From the IMG/VR virus record IMGVR_UViG_3300030294_000005, positions 62,001 through 126,000 of that record: a DNA stretch of 64,000 nt; one strand, given 5' to 3'. The stretch's first letter is position 1. Every line of letters starts with the position of its first letter. The translations under genes were made by a program, and so were the position numbers. Positions 39,501-47,745 of this stretch are shown here, piece by piece. The notes beneath the pieces are model-generated. The model made no database searches, was not told where the DNA came from, and was given only the letters and a program-made list of their open reading frames with translations.

Positions 39501-41780
39501 AAAGTTTCTAATAATATTATATATTTTAATGGTGATAATAATCAACAATTAGCAAATCTAATAAGATCTCAATTAATAATAGATGATTCATCATTTGAAG
39601 AAATATTTGAAAATACATCAATTGCTTCAAGATATACCTACTCAAAGGCTAGTATACTGAACACTGAGATTCCTCTAATACTCGTTATGGCATATAGTGA
39701 AGGTTTGCCTAAAGTGTTAAAGAAAGCCCATATAAATTACGAAATAATAGAAAAGAGACCAGCTTATGATAAGAATACCCAAGATATTATAAAATTTAAA
39801 GATGCATATATTTTATATACTTTAGATTATAATTCATCTTTATTGATGAATGGATTTAAAGAATGTGGAACTGAATTATATTCAATTTCAGAGATAACTA
39901 ATAAAACTATGTATTTAGATTTTCTTGATTTATTTGGCGGTAGATTAAGAGCAGATGGTCTTGATAACTTTCATGATTTAATGATAGATGTACCTATCAC
40001 AAAAGAAATATTAGAGTATTATAAACTACCAACTGATTATATAGAAGTTTTAGCTTATGCTAATTCACTGCTAGGAGATAATAAATATATAAGACATACT
40101 GATCAACGTGGTAGAAGGTATAGATCTAATGAAATAGTTGCTGGATATGCTTATCAAGCATTGGCTGATTCATATGGAGAATATAAAAGAAAGTTGAATC
40201 AATCAAGAAAAGCTACAATGGTTATAAAACAAAATGAAGTAATAAATAGAATCTTATTAGATCCAACAGCTTCTGATTTATCTACATTAAATCCAATACT
40301 AGAGCAAGAAGCTATGAATACTGTTAGTACAAAAGGACTAGTAGGAATGAACTCTGATAGAGGTTATAGTTTAGATAAAAGAACATTTGATAAATCAATG
40401 ATAAATGTATTAGGATTATCTACAGGGTTTGCTGGTAATGTTGGTATCTCAAGACAAGCAACAATAGATATGAATATAGAAGGTAAACGTGGATATATAA
40501 AAGTAACTGATGATCCAGCTGATTTAAATGTAACTAAATCTTTAACTATAACTGAAGCATTAACTCCATTCGGTACTAATATGGATGATCCATTTAGATC
40601 TGCAATGACATTTATACAAACATCTAAACATGGAATGAGAATAGCAAAAGGAATGCCTTCATTAATAACTAATGGAGCAGATGAAGCTTTGCCATTTATG
40701 GTTACTGATAAATTTGCATTTAAAGCTAAAGAAGATGGAAAAGTTATAGAGAGGTCAGATGATTATATGATAGTGCAATATAAATCTGGTGCTAAAGATT
40801 TTGTTGATTTAAGAAATAATATTAAAAAGAATTCTGATGGAGGTTTCTATATAACTTTAAAGCTAGACTCTGATTATAAAAAAGATAAAACATTTAAAAA
40901 AGATAATATACTTGCATATGATAAATTATCATTTTCAGATATGGTAGGTCATACAGATGATATTGGTTATAATTTAGGAGTATTGGTAAAAATAGCAATA
41001 TTAAATACTGATGAAGGTTATGAAGATAGTGCAATAATTTCAGAATATTTATCTGAAGCAATGGCATCTGAAGTTGTTGTAATGAAAGATATATCATTAC
41101 CAAAAAATACTAATATTTATAATATTGTAAAGAAAGGCGAACCAATTCAAGAAGGAGATCCATTAATAATATTTCAGAACTCTTTTGATGAAGAAGATGC
41201 CAATTTACTATTAAAGAATCTAGCTGGAGATGAAGAAGATATATCTGATCTTGGAAGAATTAGAGTTAAGTCTAAAATAACTGGAAATGTAGAGAATGTC
41301 AAAATCTATAGAACAGTTGAAAAAGAAGAGTTATCTGATTCTCTTAAGAAAACAGTAAATCAAATAGAAAAACCAACAAAGCAATTAAAAGATGTAATGA
41401 AAAAATATGATATAGATGAGTATAATAAACTGGACCCAGATTATAAACTTGATTCAACTGGAAAACTTAAAAATACAGATGATGGAATCCTGATAGAGTT
41501 CTATTTAAAATATAAAGATAAAATGTCTGTAGGAGATAAGTTAATATATTATTCAGCATTAAAAGGTGTTATAAAAGATATATTCCCACTTGGTAAAGAA
41601 CCATCATCTGAGTTTAGAAAAGATGAAAAAATTCATACACTCCTTGCATGTTCCTCAGTTAATGGTAGAATGGTGGGAAGTATATTATTATCTGCCCCTA
41701 TAAATAAAATAGTAATAGAATTAGATAGAGCAGTTAAAACTGAATTAGAAATACCATTTAAATATTTAGATGAGGAATAA
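36537..41780 (+). CDS. Phage multisubunit RNA polymerase beta-like subunit (probably virion RNAP) with long N-terminal extension
   Basis: DDPFRSAM..IQ..H (cf. RpoB DDANRALM..NMQRQ), GYEDSAIISE (GYNFEDS), GDKLIYYSALKGVI (GDKMAGRHGNKGV), SVNGRM (PSRM); late promoter and xxE/[SA] sites in the leader. Confidence 0.85.
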   Translation: MIFLDELDNLKLYKKQLFLPINEKNKRKGSAVFLLTPNYESSKKLMNNDSLVTRWFESYYIEKDISYFINQEGYIVLNDNIPYNVLNEELRNRIVVTNTNNIINEAATDTKLVKVKDHPLYDYLNFDEYDPDDIIEIPISDIKGTNLAEADIPNTLKDPKSLQRALKIRMRKPINRLKRIDPTDPSNTAAQVEKIQALMNESALTTEEKKKLKDSDYGLLKKKKYPMPDKEHVLSAIRFFNYVDSEDEKELADNINKKIKEYKIEDQVNVGKNNRFSKYCNEESIKEYFNSESTPIIYDLHCAFLKFLDGHSTEDEMLSDVDVRFKDNSELMNDGLINDIDIFNDISDCISFYLPRLIDKCKCDITKILNKYLFNDDLQESYMVGHVVKDYSIDKMGLMTKDSLIMFNENMDETIMNEANKDYNPVLYKLLYNERYRTPKEVIAIYDNVKIDAPYITKTYLDYTKYSKLNLFVDLSFYNQTFFKNNIYKLDKGIDLYFEFITRFLKDSRLGAAGYNKKTVFIPVDDWTKPDMKKVYNYTEDINPLSMICRLMGTTKLLNIQQEWKDIVLVLFSAQGYFKIDINSLVDKDISQIQVLLNKLKNKDVSIATDNIDSPKAIVATIVDKIEISQNIEINNLTGKAAKGTISNGELDDKLSNSVTSKTVIDINKNAPSEDVAQNDDLKNELVTKLKDASKDAASTNNVLDDINNDDDIKKIIDTLSTQEDNSVKINAARSARVTKLNNDFLDSKLKETTVKQMIEHATNNEPIPKTELKIDSVNEEWKDLRYMNFEKIYNPADDIVTMINSFSDKTAPVMVRNLNIEDSSTTEDYKDTWTAEMEDVNGTRFTLKFDIPKFKENKFMLLGGNEKTINGQLVLLPIIKTDEDTVQIVSNYNKIFIRRFGTSKGKSNIVANRLIKALSKENPFKVVPGDNTKICSKYELPIDYIDLASQYSKIETKKHIFYFNQDEIREKYKDTIDLKKGIPICVEKVSNNIIYFNGDNNQQLANLIRSQLIIDDSSFEEIFENTSIASRYTYSKASILNTEIPLILVMAYSEGLPKVLKKAHINYEIIEKRPAYDKNTQDIIKFKDAYILYTLDYNSSLLMNGFKECGTELYSISEITNKTMYLDFLDLFGGRLRADGLDNFHDLMIDVPITKEILEYYKLPTDYIEVLAYANSLLGDNKYIRHTDQRGRRYRSNEIVAGYAYQALADSYGEYKRKLNQSRKATMVIKQNEVINRILLDPTASDLSTLNPILEQEAMNTVSTKGLVGMNSDRGYSLDKRTFDKSMINVLGLSTGFAGNVGISRQATIDMNIEGKRGYIKVTDDPADLNVTKSLTITEALTPFGTNMDDPFRSAMTFIQTSKHGMRIAKGMPSLITNGADEALPFMVTDKFAFKAKEDGKVIERSDDYMIVQYKSGAKDFVDLRNNIKKNSDGGFYITLKLDSDYKKDKTFKKDNILAYDKLSFSDMVGHTDDIGYNLGVLVKIAILNTDEGYEDSAIISEYLSEAMASEVVVMKDISLPKNTNIYNIVKKGEPIQEGDPLIIFQNSFDEEDANLLLKNLAGDEEDISDLGRIRVKSKITGNVENVKIYRTVEKEELSDSLKKTVNQIEKPTKQLKDVMKKYDIDEYNKLDPDYKLDSTGKLKNTDDGILIEFYLKYKDKMSVGDKLIYYSALKGVIKDIFPLGKEPSSEFRKDEKIHTLLACSSVNGRMVGSILLSAPINKIVIELDRAVKTELEIPFKYLDEE

Positions 41781-41790
41781 AAAATAAAAA

Positions 41791-41814
41791 TAGAGTAGGC
41801 ATATGCCTACTCTA
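41791..41814. terminator. Perfect 24-bp palindrome / bidirectional terminator
   Basis: TAGAGTAGGCATATGCCTACTCTA between convergent genes. Confidence 0.75.
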
Positions 41815-41822
41815 CAATTTTG

Positions 41823-43484
41823 TTATAAATCAATTAATTTAGCTTTTACCTCATTAATATATTTACTATTAATAAATATATCCATTACTGACCAATCTAT
41901 AGTTTTATCAAAAGTTGTTGTAGATAGGTCGTGATTATTTAATATATTAATTAAAGTAGTTAATGCTGTTCTTATTTCAGTCATTTCAGTTAATCCAATA
42001 AAATTAGGATTAGCAATACCTATATTAAATTGGTATACTGATTGTCCATATGATTGTAATATCGTATTTACTGCAGTTCTAATTTCAGTAATATATAATG
42101 GTGTTATTATTGTTTCACCAGCAATTATAGTTGATGATGTTATTACATTAGCGGTTATAATAATAGAATTGAAAGTACTAAACCAATATGGATTATTTGT
42201 TCTTATAGATACGGTATTGGCTATATTTAAATCAGCTGCAATCTGAGGTTTAAATATTATTGTTTTGGCATTTAGAAAACTACTTCCAGTACTAGAAAAC
42301 CAAGTAGGATTGTCTACACTATTATATTCTATTCCTTTCCAAGTTACATATAATTTTTGATTATTACTATTAGGATCTAGATTAATTAGTATAGCTATTC
42401 TGGGTTTAGTATCATATACTATTTTATTTGTTAGTGGAAATAATATAGTAGGAGCTGTAGGTGGTAATTTCTTTGTACAAGAACCACCTCTAACTTCTGC
42501 ACTTACATATCCAAACGTATCTACTGATATTACACCAAAAGTAAATACTGCATTACATAGTGTATCACCTGGGAACGTATATAAATATGATGTTGAACCA
42601 GAAGTTGCTACAGCTAAATAAGTTCCATTCTTATATATATTTATTTTATAAGTAACTGTTTGACCTTCTGGATCAGATGCTGCATTCCAATTAACGGTTG
42701 TAGCAGTTTGTGCAAATGCTTCAGATGTAGAGACTCCACTTGTTGGATTAGGGCTTCTATTTTTATGAGATGTTCCAGATGTTGCCCATCCAGATGTTGC
42801 TCCAGAAGTATCTATTGATTTTACACTAAATGAATAACTAGTTCCTTCACCATCTCCAGATATATCTAAATTACAAGAGTTACCAGTGTAATTTGATGCA
42901 GCAGCTACTATATCAGAAAGACCACCACCATTTTTAGATACTGCTACTTCATAATGTATTGTATCACCTTCTGCATCACCAGCACCAGACCATGATACTG
43001 GTATTGAACCACTAAATATTCCAGAGCCAGGTGATATTGAATTAGGTGCTGATGGTGCGGTATTTGTAGCACTGTATCCTATATTTGCACTTGAAGTTGG
43101 GCCTCCTCCACATCCATTATTATCAGTATTACTATAAAAATAACCAGATATGCCTAGACTACCAGCTCCAGTTCCAACAGTAAATGTAAAATCTCTACTA
43201 CCTGAACCTAATTCTGGACCAGTACCATATAATGTTGAATCGGCATAAGTAGATCCTGGTTTTATAGCTATCCCATCTGCATGTGATCCATTTGCAACTA
43301 ATGATACATTAACATCATAACCATATCTACTATCAGTTCCTGCATCTGGTATAATAGCACCAGCAGATACTCTAACAGTAACAGAATTTCCACTTCTAGA
43401 TATTACATCACAATATAATTTACATAAAATCTTTGCCTGCATATCATTATGAGACCATAAATTTGAGGCTATAAGTGTAGCCAT
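41823..43484 (-). CDS. Fibronectin type III/Ig-like tail-associated protein
   Basis: NTAPSAP...VSWSGA.D.EGD.I.Y.V and NWNAASDPEGQ.V.Y FN3-like repeats; late promoter at 43510-43521. Confidence 0.7.
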   Translation of the reverse strand: MATLIASNLWSHNDMQAKILCKLYCDVISRSGNSVTVRVSAGAIIPDAGTDSRYGYDVNVSLVANGSHADGIAIKPGSTYADSTLYGTGPELGSGSRDFTFTVGTGAGSLGISGYFYSNTDNNGCGGGPTSSANIGYSATNTAPSAPNSISPGSGIFSGSIPVSWSGAGDAEGDTIHYEVAVSKNGGGLSDIVAAASNYTGNSCNLDISGDGEGTSYSFSVKSIDTSGATSGWATSGTSHKNRSPNPTSGVSTSEAFAQTATTVNWNAASDPEGQTVTYKINIYKNGTYLAVATSGSTSYLYTFPGDTLCNAVFTFGVISVDTFGYVSAEVRGGSCTKKLPPTAPTILFPLTNKIVYDTKPRIAILINLDPNSNNQKLYVTWKGIEYNSVDNPTWFSSTGSSFLNAKTIIFKPQIAADLNIANTVSIRTNNPYWFSTFNSIIITANVITSSTIIAGETIITPLYITEIRTAVNTILQSYGQSVYQFNIGIANPNFIGLTEMTEIRTALTTLINILNNHDLSTTTFDKTIDWSVMDIFINSKYINEVKAKLIDL

Positions 43485-43583
43485 TTAAACCACCTCCATT
43501 ATTTAATTTTATTAATATGTTAAAATAAATAAAAAACAAGATATAGGGGTTGCCCCCTATATCGTAAATACATAACGATATTT

Positions 43584-43634
43584 TTATTTGTTTTGCTGGG
43601 AATGCATTGTATTGAATAACATATGCATATCCAT
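43584..43634 (-). CDS. 16-aa micropeptide MDMHMLFNTMHSQQNK
   Basis: Early promoter cassette, GAGGTG RBS, terminator hairpin at 43541-43562. Confidence 0.4.
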   Translation of the reverse strand: MDMHMLFNTMHSQQNK

Positions 43635-43666
43635 TTACCTTCACCTCTTTAAATTCTCATTAGTTA

Positions 43667-43710
43667 CATATATATAATATATGTTTATATAATATAAAAA
43701 TTACAAAAAA
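43667..43710 (-). repeat. 44-bp direct repeat copy 1 (early promoter cassette)
   Basis: Identical to 44008-44051. Confidence 0.9.
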
Positions 43711-43729
43711 ATAAAACTAGAGAAGGACT

Positions 43730-43987
43730 CTAGTTTTTTACTTTATACCAATACATATTATTATATTTAAAACCACATGTAATCCACCACCATAAAGATT
43801 TAATTACATATTTTTTATATAATGCCTTTATAACAATATCTATCATTTCTTTAGATACTAGTTCATCTATCATAGGTTTGTGATATTCATGACATAATAA
43901 ATTAGCTGCTAACCAAAACTTACCACTTTCTTCTGTTTCATCTTGACTATTCCATTTTATTAATAATTTTTTAATCATTCTAAACAC
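43730..43987 (-). CDS. Hypothetical early protein
   Basis: ORF between the two promoter-cassette repeats; true start probably ATG at 43978. Confidence 0.6.
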   Translation of the reverse strand: MFRMIKKLLIKWNSQDETEESGKFWLAANLLCHEYHKPMIDELVSKEMIDIVIKALYKKYVIKSLWWWITCGFKYNNMYWYKVKN

Positions 43988-44007
43988 CTCTTTAATTTTA
44001 TTATATT

Positions 44008-44051
44008 CATATATATAATATATGTTTATATAATATAAAAATTACAAAAAA
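44008..44051 (-). repeat. 44-bp direct repeat copy 2 (early promoter cassette)
   Basis: Identical to 43667-43710. Confidence 0.9.
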
Positions 44052-44055
44052 GAAC

Positions 44056-44077
44056 TAGGAGGGCATATGCCCTCCTA
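44056..44077 (-). terminator. Perfect 22-bp palindrome / terminator
   Basis: TAGGAGGGCATATGCCCTCCTA with a T-tract on the minus strand. Confidence 0.75.
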
Positions 44078-44359
44078 TACTTCTTGAAAATCTTTTAATA
44101 TTTTACCTACAGTATACCATCCTAAAAGATTTAATAGACTCTTTAAATCTTTATTAATCTTTTTTATTCTTCTATTATGAGAAGAAGTTATAATTATTCC
44201 TAATAGTTTAAAAGATTTTATATCATTATATTTTGAATTAACTGTTTCTAAAGAGCGATCTATAAATAATGATGTTTCAACGTCATCCTTACTCTTTTTT
44301 ATAGCCATTATTTCAGATATAAGATATTTGTTTAATTGATATTGATCCATCCCATCCAC
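44075..44359 (-). CDS. Hypothetical protein
   Basis: 94 aa ORF in a minus-strand early block. Confidence 0.55.
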   Translation of the reverse strand: MDGMDQYQLNKYLISEIMAIKKSKDDVETSLFIDRSLETVNSKYNDIKSFKLLGIIITSSHNRRIKKINKDLKSLLNLLGWYTVGKILKDFQEV

Positions 44360-44384
44360 CCCATATATTATAATTTACTCATAT

Positions 44385-44696
44385 TTAATTACAAGTTGGT
44401 AATAATTCACCTTTATAATCTATTAGACCAAATTGATTATTTAATTTTCCTACTGCTATTCCATCTTTAAAATTATCAATATGATCATATTCACATGGTA
44501 TTATTTCTTTTCCAGTTCTATCAATAGCCCCATTTTTACCATTAAGAGTTACTATTGCTATACTCTCACTAAAATCATCTATATAATCATATTTTAATGG
44601 AACTATTTCATTACCCTCTTTATCAATTAATCCATACTTATTATCTGTTTGTACTATTGCTACCTTTCCTGAAAACTTTCTAATTTGATCATACAT
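44385..44696 (-). CDS. WG (KWG Leptospira-type) repeat protein
   Basis: Repeats of KYGLIDK.G.EIVP.KYD.I..F.E..A.V; early motif at 44733-44742. Confidence 0.85.
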   Translation of the reverse strand: MYDQIRKFSGKVAIVQTDNKYGLIDKEGNEIVPLKYDYIDDFSESIAIVTLNGKNGAIDRTGKEIIPCEYDHIDNFKDGIAVGKLNNQFGLIDYKGELLPTCN

Positions 44697-44759
44697 TATA
44701 TAACCCCCTATAATAATTTTATATTCATTATTATAATATATAATTGTAAATATTTATAC

Positions 44760-45986
44760 TTACTTATCTTTATTTTCTATTACTTCATCTACAGGTTCTC
44801 CTATAACTTCATCTATATTATATTCTTCTTTCTCATAAGTACGTTTATATTCAGGAGTTAATGTGTCATACATAGACTTACCTAAAACTAAATTTATAAT
44901 AGGTTCTACTGTTTCTTGTATTTCCATAGCTAATATTCTTATTTCAGCTTGAGCATGAATATCTGTTCTCAATGCTAGGAATGCTATTAATGATTTAAAT
45001 GTAAATGTCATATATAATGACGTTTGGGCATTGTTTGGTAAGTATGCTCTAGCATCTTCTGGTATTAATCTATTTTCACCTAATGATTTATCATTTAATT
45101 GATTATAGATTTTCATAAGTTCATCGCCTAATTCTTGTAATGTTAACTCACTTGTTGAACCATTAAATCCTATATTATATTTATAATTTACATCATATTT
45201 ATCTTTATATTTATCAGGGGAATTGAATCCAAACTTTTCCGCACAATAATCTACATATCTTTGTGATAGTTGGGTTATTCCATTTCTATGTCTATCTACT
45301 TGTTGAGATATAATTCTTGATATATCTTTAAATAATATAGTGATAGAGCAGAAGTCTAATAAATCTTCTAATGAAAATATCTTATTAGTTTCATTATAGA
45401 TATACATGATATCATCCATGTTTACAATAGAGACGTTGGCACTTAATACTTTATTATTAAAAACAGCTGGATAAGTACAATCTAAATCTATAAATTTAGA
45501 TTCTGACATTATTTCATCTTCTATAAAATCATTTAAATATTCCTTATTAATATTATAGAGATTATTTAATATGATTTTTGCAATAGAATTATCTTGATTA
45601 TCTATATTTCTAAAGATATGTTTATATCCTCTTATAGAACCTCCAATAAGAAAATGTATTTCTTTTCCTATATATTTTATTTTTATATTTAAATATTTAC
45701 ATAGAGTTTCTATTTCTGCTAACTCTATTAGATTTTCTATGTCTAATTGTAATATAAGATATATTACTATATTAGAATGCTCTAGAATTGATTCATGCCC
45801 AGTTGCTACTCTTCTTTTTATATAATCTAATTTAGCTTGTATTCCTACCTCTCCATCTTTGTCATAGCATATTTTACATGCATCATGTATGATATCAATA
45901 TGATTATTAGAATATATGAATTTATCATATACTCCTTTGGTAAATAGTTTATGTTTTTTAATTAGTGATGATAATAATTTCTTCAT
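44760..45986 (-). CDS. thyX: FAD-dependent thymidylate synthase (extended, tandem-type)
   Basis: GHESILEH, ISR.ISQQ.DRHR....QLSQRYV, EDARAYLPN and LR...HAQAEIR.LA; late-type promoter at 46016-46027. Confidence 0.9.
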   Translation of the reverse strand: MKKLLSSLIKKHKLFTKGVYDKFIYSNNHIDIIHDACKICYDKDGEVGIQAKLDYIKRRVATGHESILEHSNIVIYLILQLDIENLIELAEIETLCKYLNIKIKYIGKEIHFLIGGSIRGYKHIFRNIDNQDNSIAKIILNNLYNINKEYLNDFIEDEIMSESKFIDLDCTYPAVFNNKVLSANVSIVNMDDIMYIYNETNKIFSLEDLLDFCSITILFKDISRIISQQVDRHRNGITQLSQRYVDYCAEKFGFNSPDKYKDKYDVNYKYNIGFNGSTSELTLQELGDELMKIYNQLNDKSLGENRLIPEDARAYLPNNAQTSLYMTFTFKSLIAFLALRTDIHAQAEIRILAMEIQETVEPIINLVLGKSMYDTLTPEYKRTYEKEEYNIDEVIGEPVDEVIENKDK

Positions 45987-46289
45987 ATTAATTAATCCCC
46001 TTCCCTTTATATATTTATTAATCTGTTATAATTTATATATATTAATAATATACTCTAAGGATTTTGAATTTTATCAGAATTTAAATACCCTACTATGTCT
46101 TGTTTATAATATCAATATCTTATAATTAATATTTATAATTTTATTATTATAATATTTAATCATAATTTAAATTTTATAGTTATAGTTGATTAATTTTTTA
46201 TTTAAAAAAAATATAATTAAAATAATTATTTTGATGTTATGTATGAAATTTTTTTTAATTTAGAAAAAATAATATAGTAGGAAACCCTA

Positions 46290-46748
46290 CTATATTGTAC
46301 TATATTCTTCATGAAATATTTTATAACTATAATGCTTAATAATATTTAACTTATTATTTAGTGATAAATCTTCAAAATTATTTAATTTGCAACAATTTAC
46401 ACATTTAATAATATTATCTTTTTTATCAAGTGTATGATGACCACCAGATTCACATTCACAATATTTATATAATAACATCTTAACCATATCATTTACATTC
46501 TTCTGTTGTGCAAATTCATTTGTCTTTGTATTCAGAAATCTATATGTATTACTATTACATCTATCACCATAATATTTTTCACTCTCATGTACTATAATAT
46601 ATGCTATTCCTTTATCATTATAGTATAATTTAACATTTCCTATATCCTTAGATGTGGGAGTGATTAGATTTAATCTCTTTTTCATTATATCAAAATTTTC
46701 TATCTCGTCTCCATCAATCTCTTGGAATATTCCTATTATCTTATTCAT
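46290..46748 (-). CDS. Hypothetical early protein with Cys cluster (CECE...CVNC)
   Basis: AGGAG RBS, early motif at 46791-46800, terminator at 46272-46295. Confidence 0.6.
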   Translation of the reverse strand: MNKIIGIFQEIDGDEIENFDIMKKRLNLITPTSKDIGNVKLYYNDKGIAYIIVHESEKYYGDRCNSNTYRFLNTKTNEFAQQKNVNDMVKMLLYKYCECESGGHHTLDKKDNIIKCVNCCKLNNFEDLSLNNKLNIIKHYSYKIFHEEYSTI

Positions 46749-46834
46749 CTTAATATCTCCTTTTTAATTATATTAATTTTATTCATTGTTATAATATATA
46801 ATTAAAATTAATAAGATATGCAAATGACAAAATC

Positions 46835-46918
46835 CCGCCAGTGGAAATCAATCCACTGGCGAGTATGCAATAAAGGAAAACATAAAGAGTAGAAGAACAA
46901 AGCGTTTAAATTATAGTT
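46835..46918 (-). ncRNA. Candidate small RNA (AACT-N6-TA promoter, about 75 nt, GC-rich hairpin)
   Basis: Promoter-like motif at 46907-46918, no ORF, ends at CGCCAGTGGA-loop-TCCACTGGCG plus a T-tract. Confidence 0.35.
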
Positions 46919-46921
46919 ATA

Positions 46922-47036
46922 AAAATATATAATGATTCCTTTCAGAATCATTATATATATGATAAAATTTTAGGAGAGCTTTAAAAAAATGAAATATTAA
47001 TTACTATGGATAATTAAAAAGATTTACTATATAGTT
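46922..47036 (-). ncRNA. Candidate small RNA containing anti-SD CUCUCCU
   Basis: AACT-N6-TA at 47025-47036, no ORF, ends at hairpin 46925-46959 plus TTTTT. Confidence 0.3.
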
Positions 47037-47745
47037 AATTAAAATAATTATTTAATATGGTTAATATATTAGAAAATATAGTATCTTTATCAAATATATT
47101 TGATACTATAGTACCAGCCATATCATGGGATTCATAACATTTAACTATGTTCCATGATAATTTATTACATACATACTCATGATTAGCATCTAACTCTAAT
47201 TGATATTTTTTATTAGATTCATGTAAATCATTAATTATACCATCCTTAGAATCTCTATTATATAAATTTTTAAAATTCAATTCTACTGGGATATACATAA
47301 ATAATACAATATCTTCTTTATGAAGTTGATTCTTTCCATATTCTAAATCTATACACCAATCTATAAACTTATCTTTTTCTTCACTGATATTATATCTTGT
47401 AGATTGATACATTATATTAGATCCTACATAACGATCCATTATAATAGTATATCCATCTTTTAATAATTTATCAATATTTATCTTATCATTATATCTATTC
47501 AGAGCATAGAATAATGATATAGTATGTGGATCAATATCATATAATTTACCATAATCTCCTTTTAAATATTTTTTTACAAATATTGAAGAATTATTGTTAT
47601 AAGTTGGATATGATATTAATATAGTTTTACTATTCCAATGATTTCTAATATATTCAGTTAGTAGTTTAGCATTGGTTTCTTTAAAGCATCCATCTAATCC
47701 TTCAAGAGTTATCATTTTTCCTTTAATATTTTCTCTAGTTATCAT
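47035..47745 (-). CDS. tmk: Thymidylate (dTMP) kinase
   Basis: ITLEGLDGCFKET P-loop, LFYALNR, IIMDRYVGSN.MYQ and D.HES. Confidence 0.85.
   Translation of the reverse strand: MITRENIKGKMITLEGLDGCFKETNAKLLTEYIRNHWNSKTILISYPTYNNNSSIFVKKYLKGDYGKLYDIDPHTISLFYALNRYNDKINIDKLLKDGYTIIMDRYVGSNIMYQSTRYNISEEKDKFIDWCIDLEYGKNQLHKEDIVLFMYIPVELNFKNLYNRDSKDGIINDLHESNKKYQLELDANHEYVCNKLSWNIVKCYESHDMAGTIVSNIFDKDTIFSNILTILNNYFN

Noticed and set aside
37334-41103. Minus-strand ORFs inside the RNAP gene (and similar short antisense ORFs elsewhere, e.g. 1832, 3466, 12834, 50752, 59366)
   Set aside because: Fully overlap well-supported genes on the opposite strand and lack expression signals.
43447-43644. 65-aa minus-strand ORF in the track
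   Set aside because: It runs through a terminator and a late promoter, and its GTG start lies within the RBS. The RBS spacing favours the 16-aa ORF.
46830-46900. GC-rich hairpin as a tRNA
   Set aside because: Single stem only; no cloverleaf, T-loop GTTC in context, or CCA end. No tRNA or rRNA was recognised anywhere in the window.
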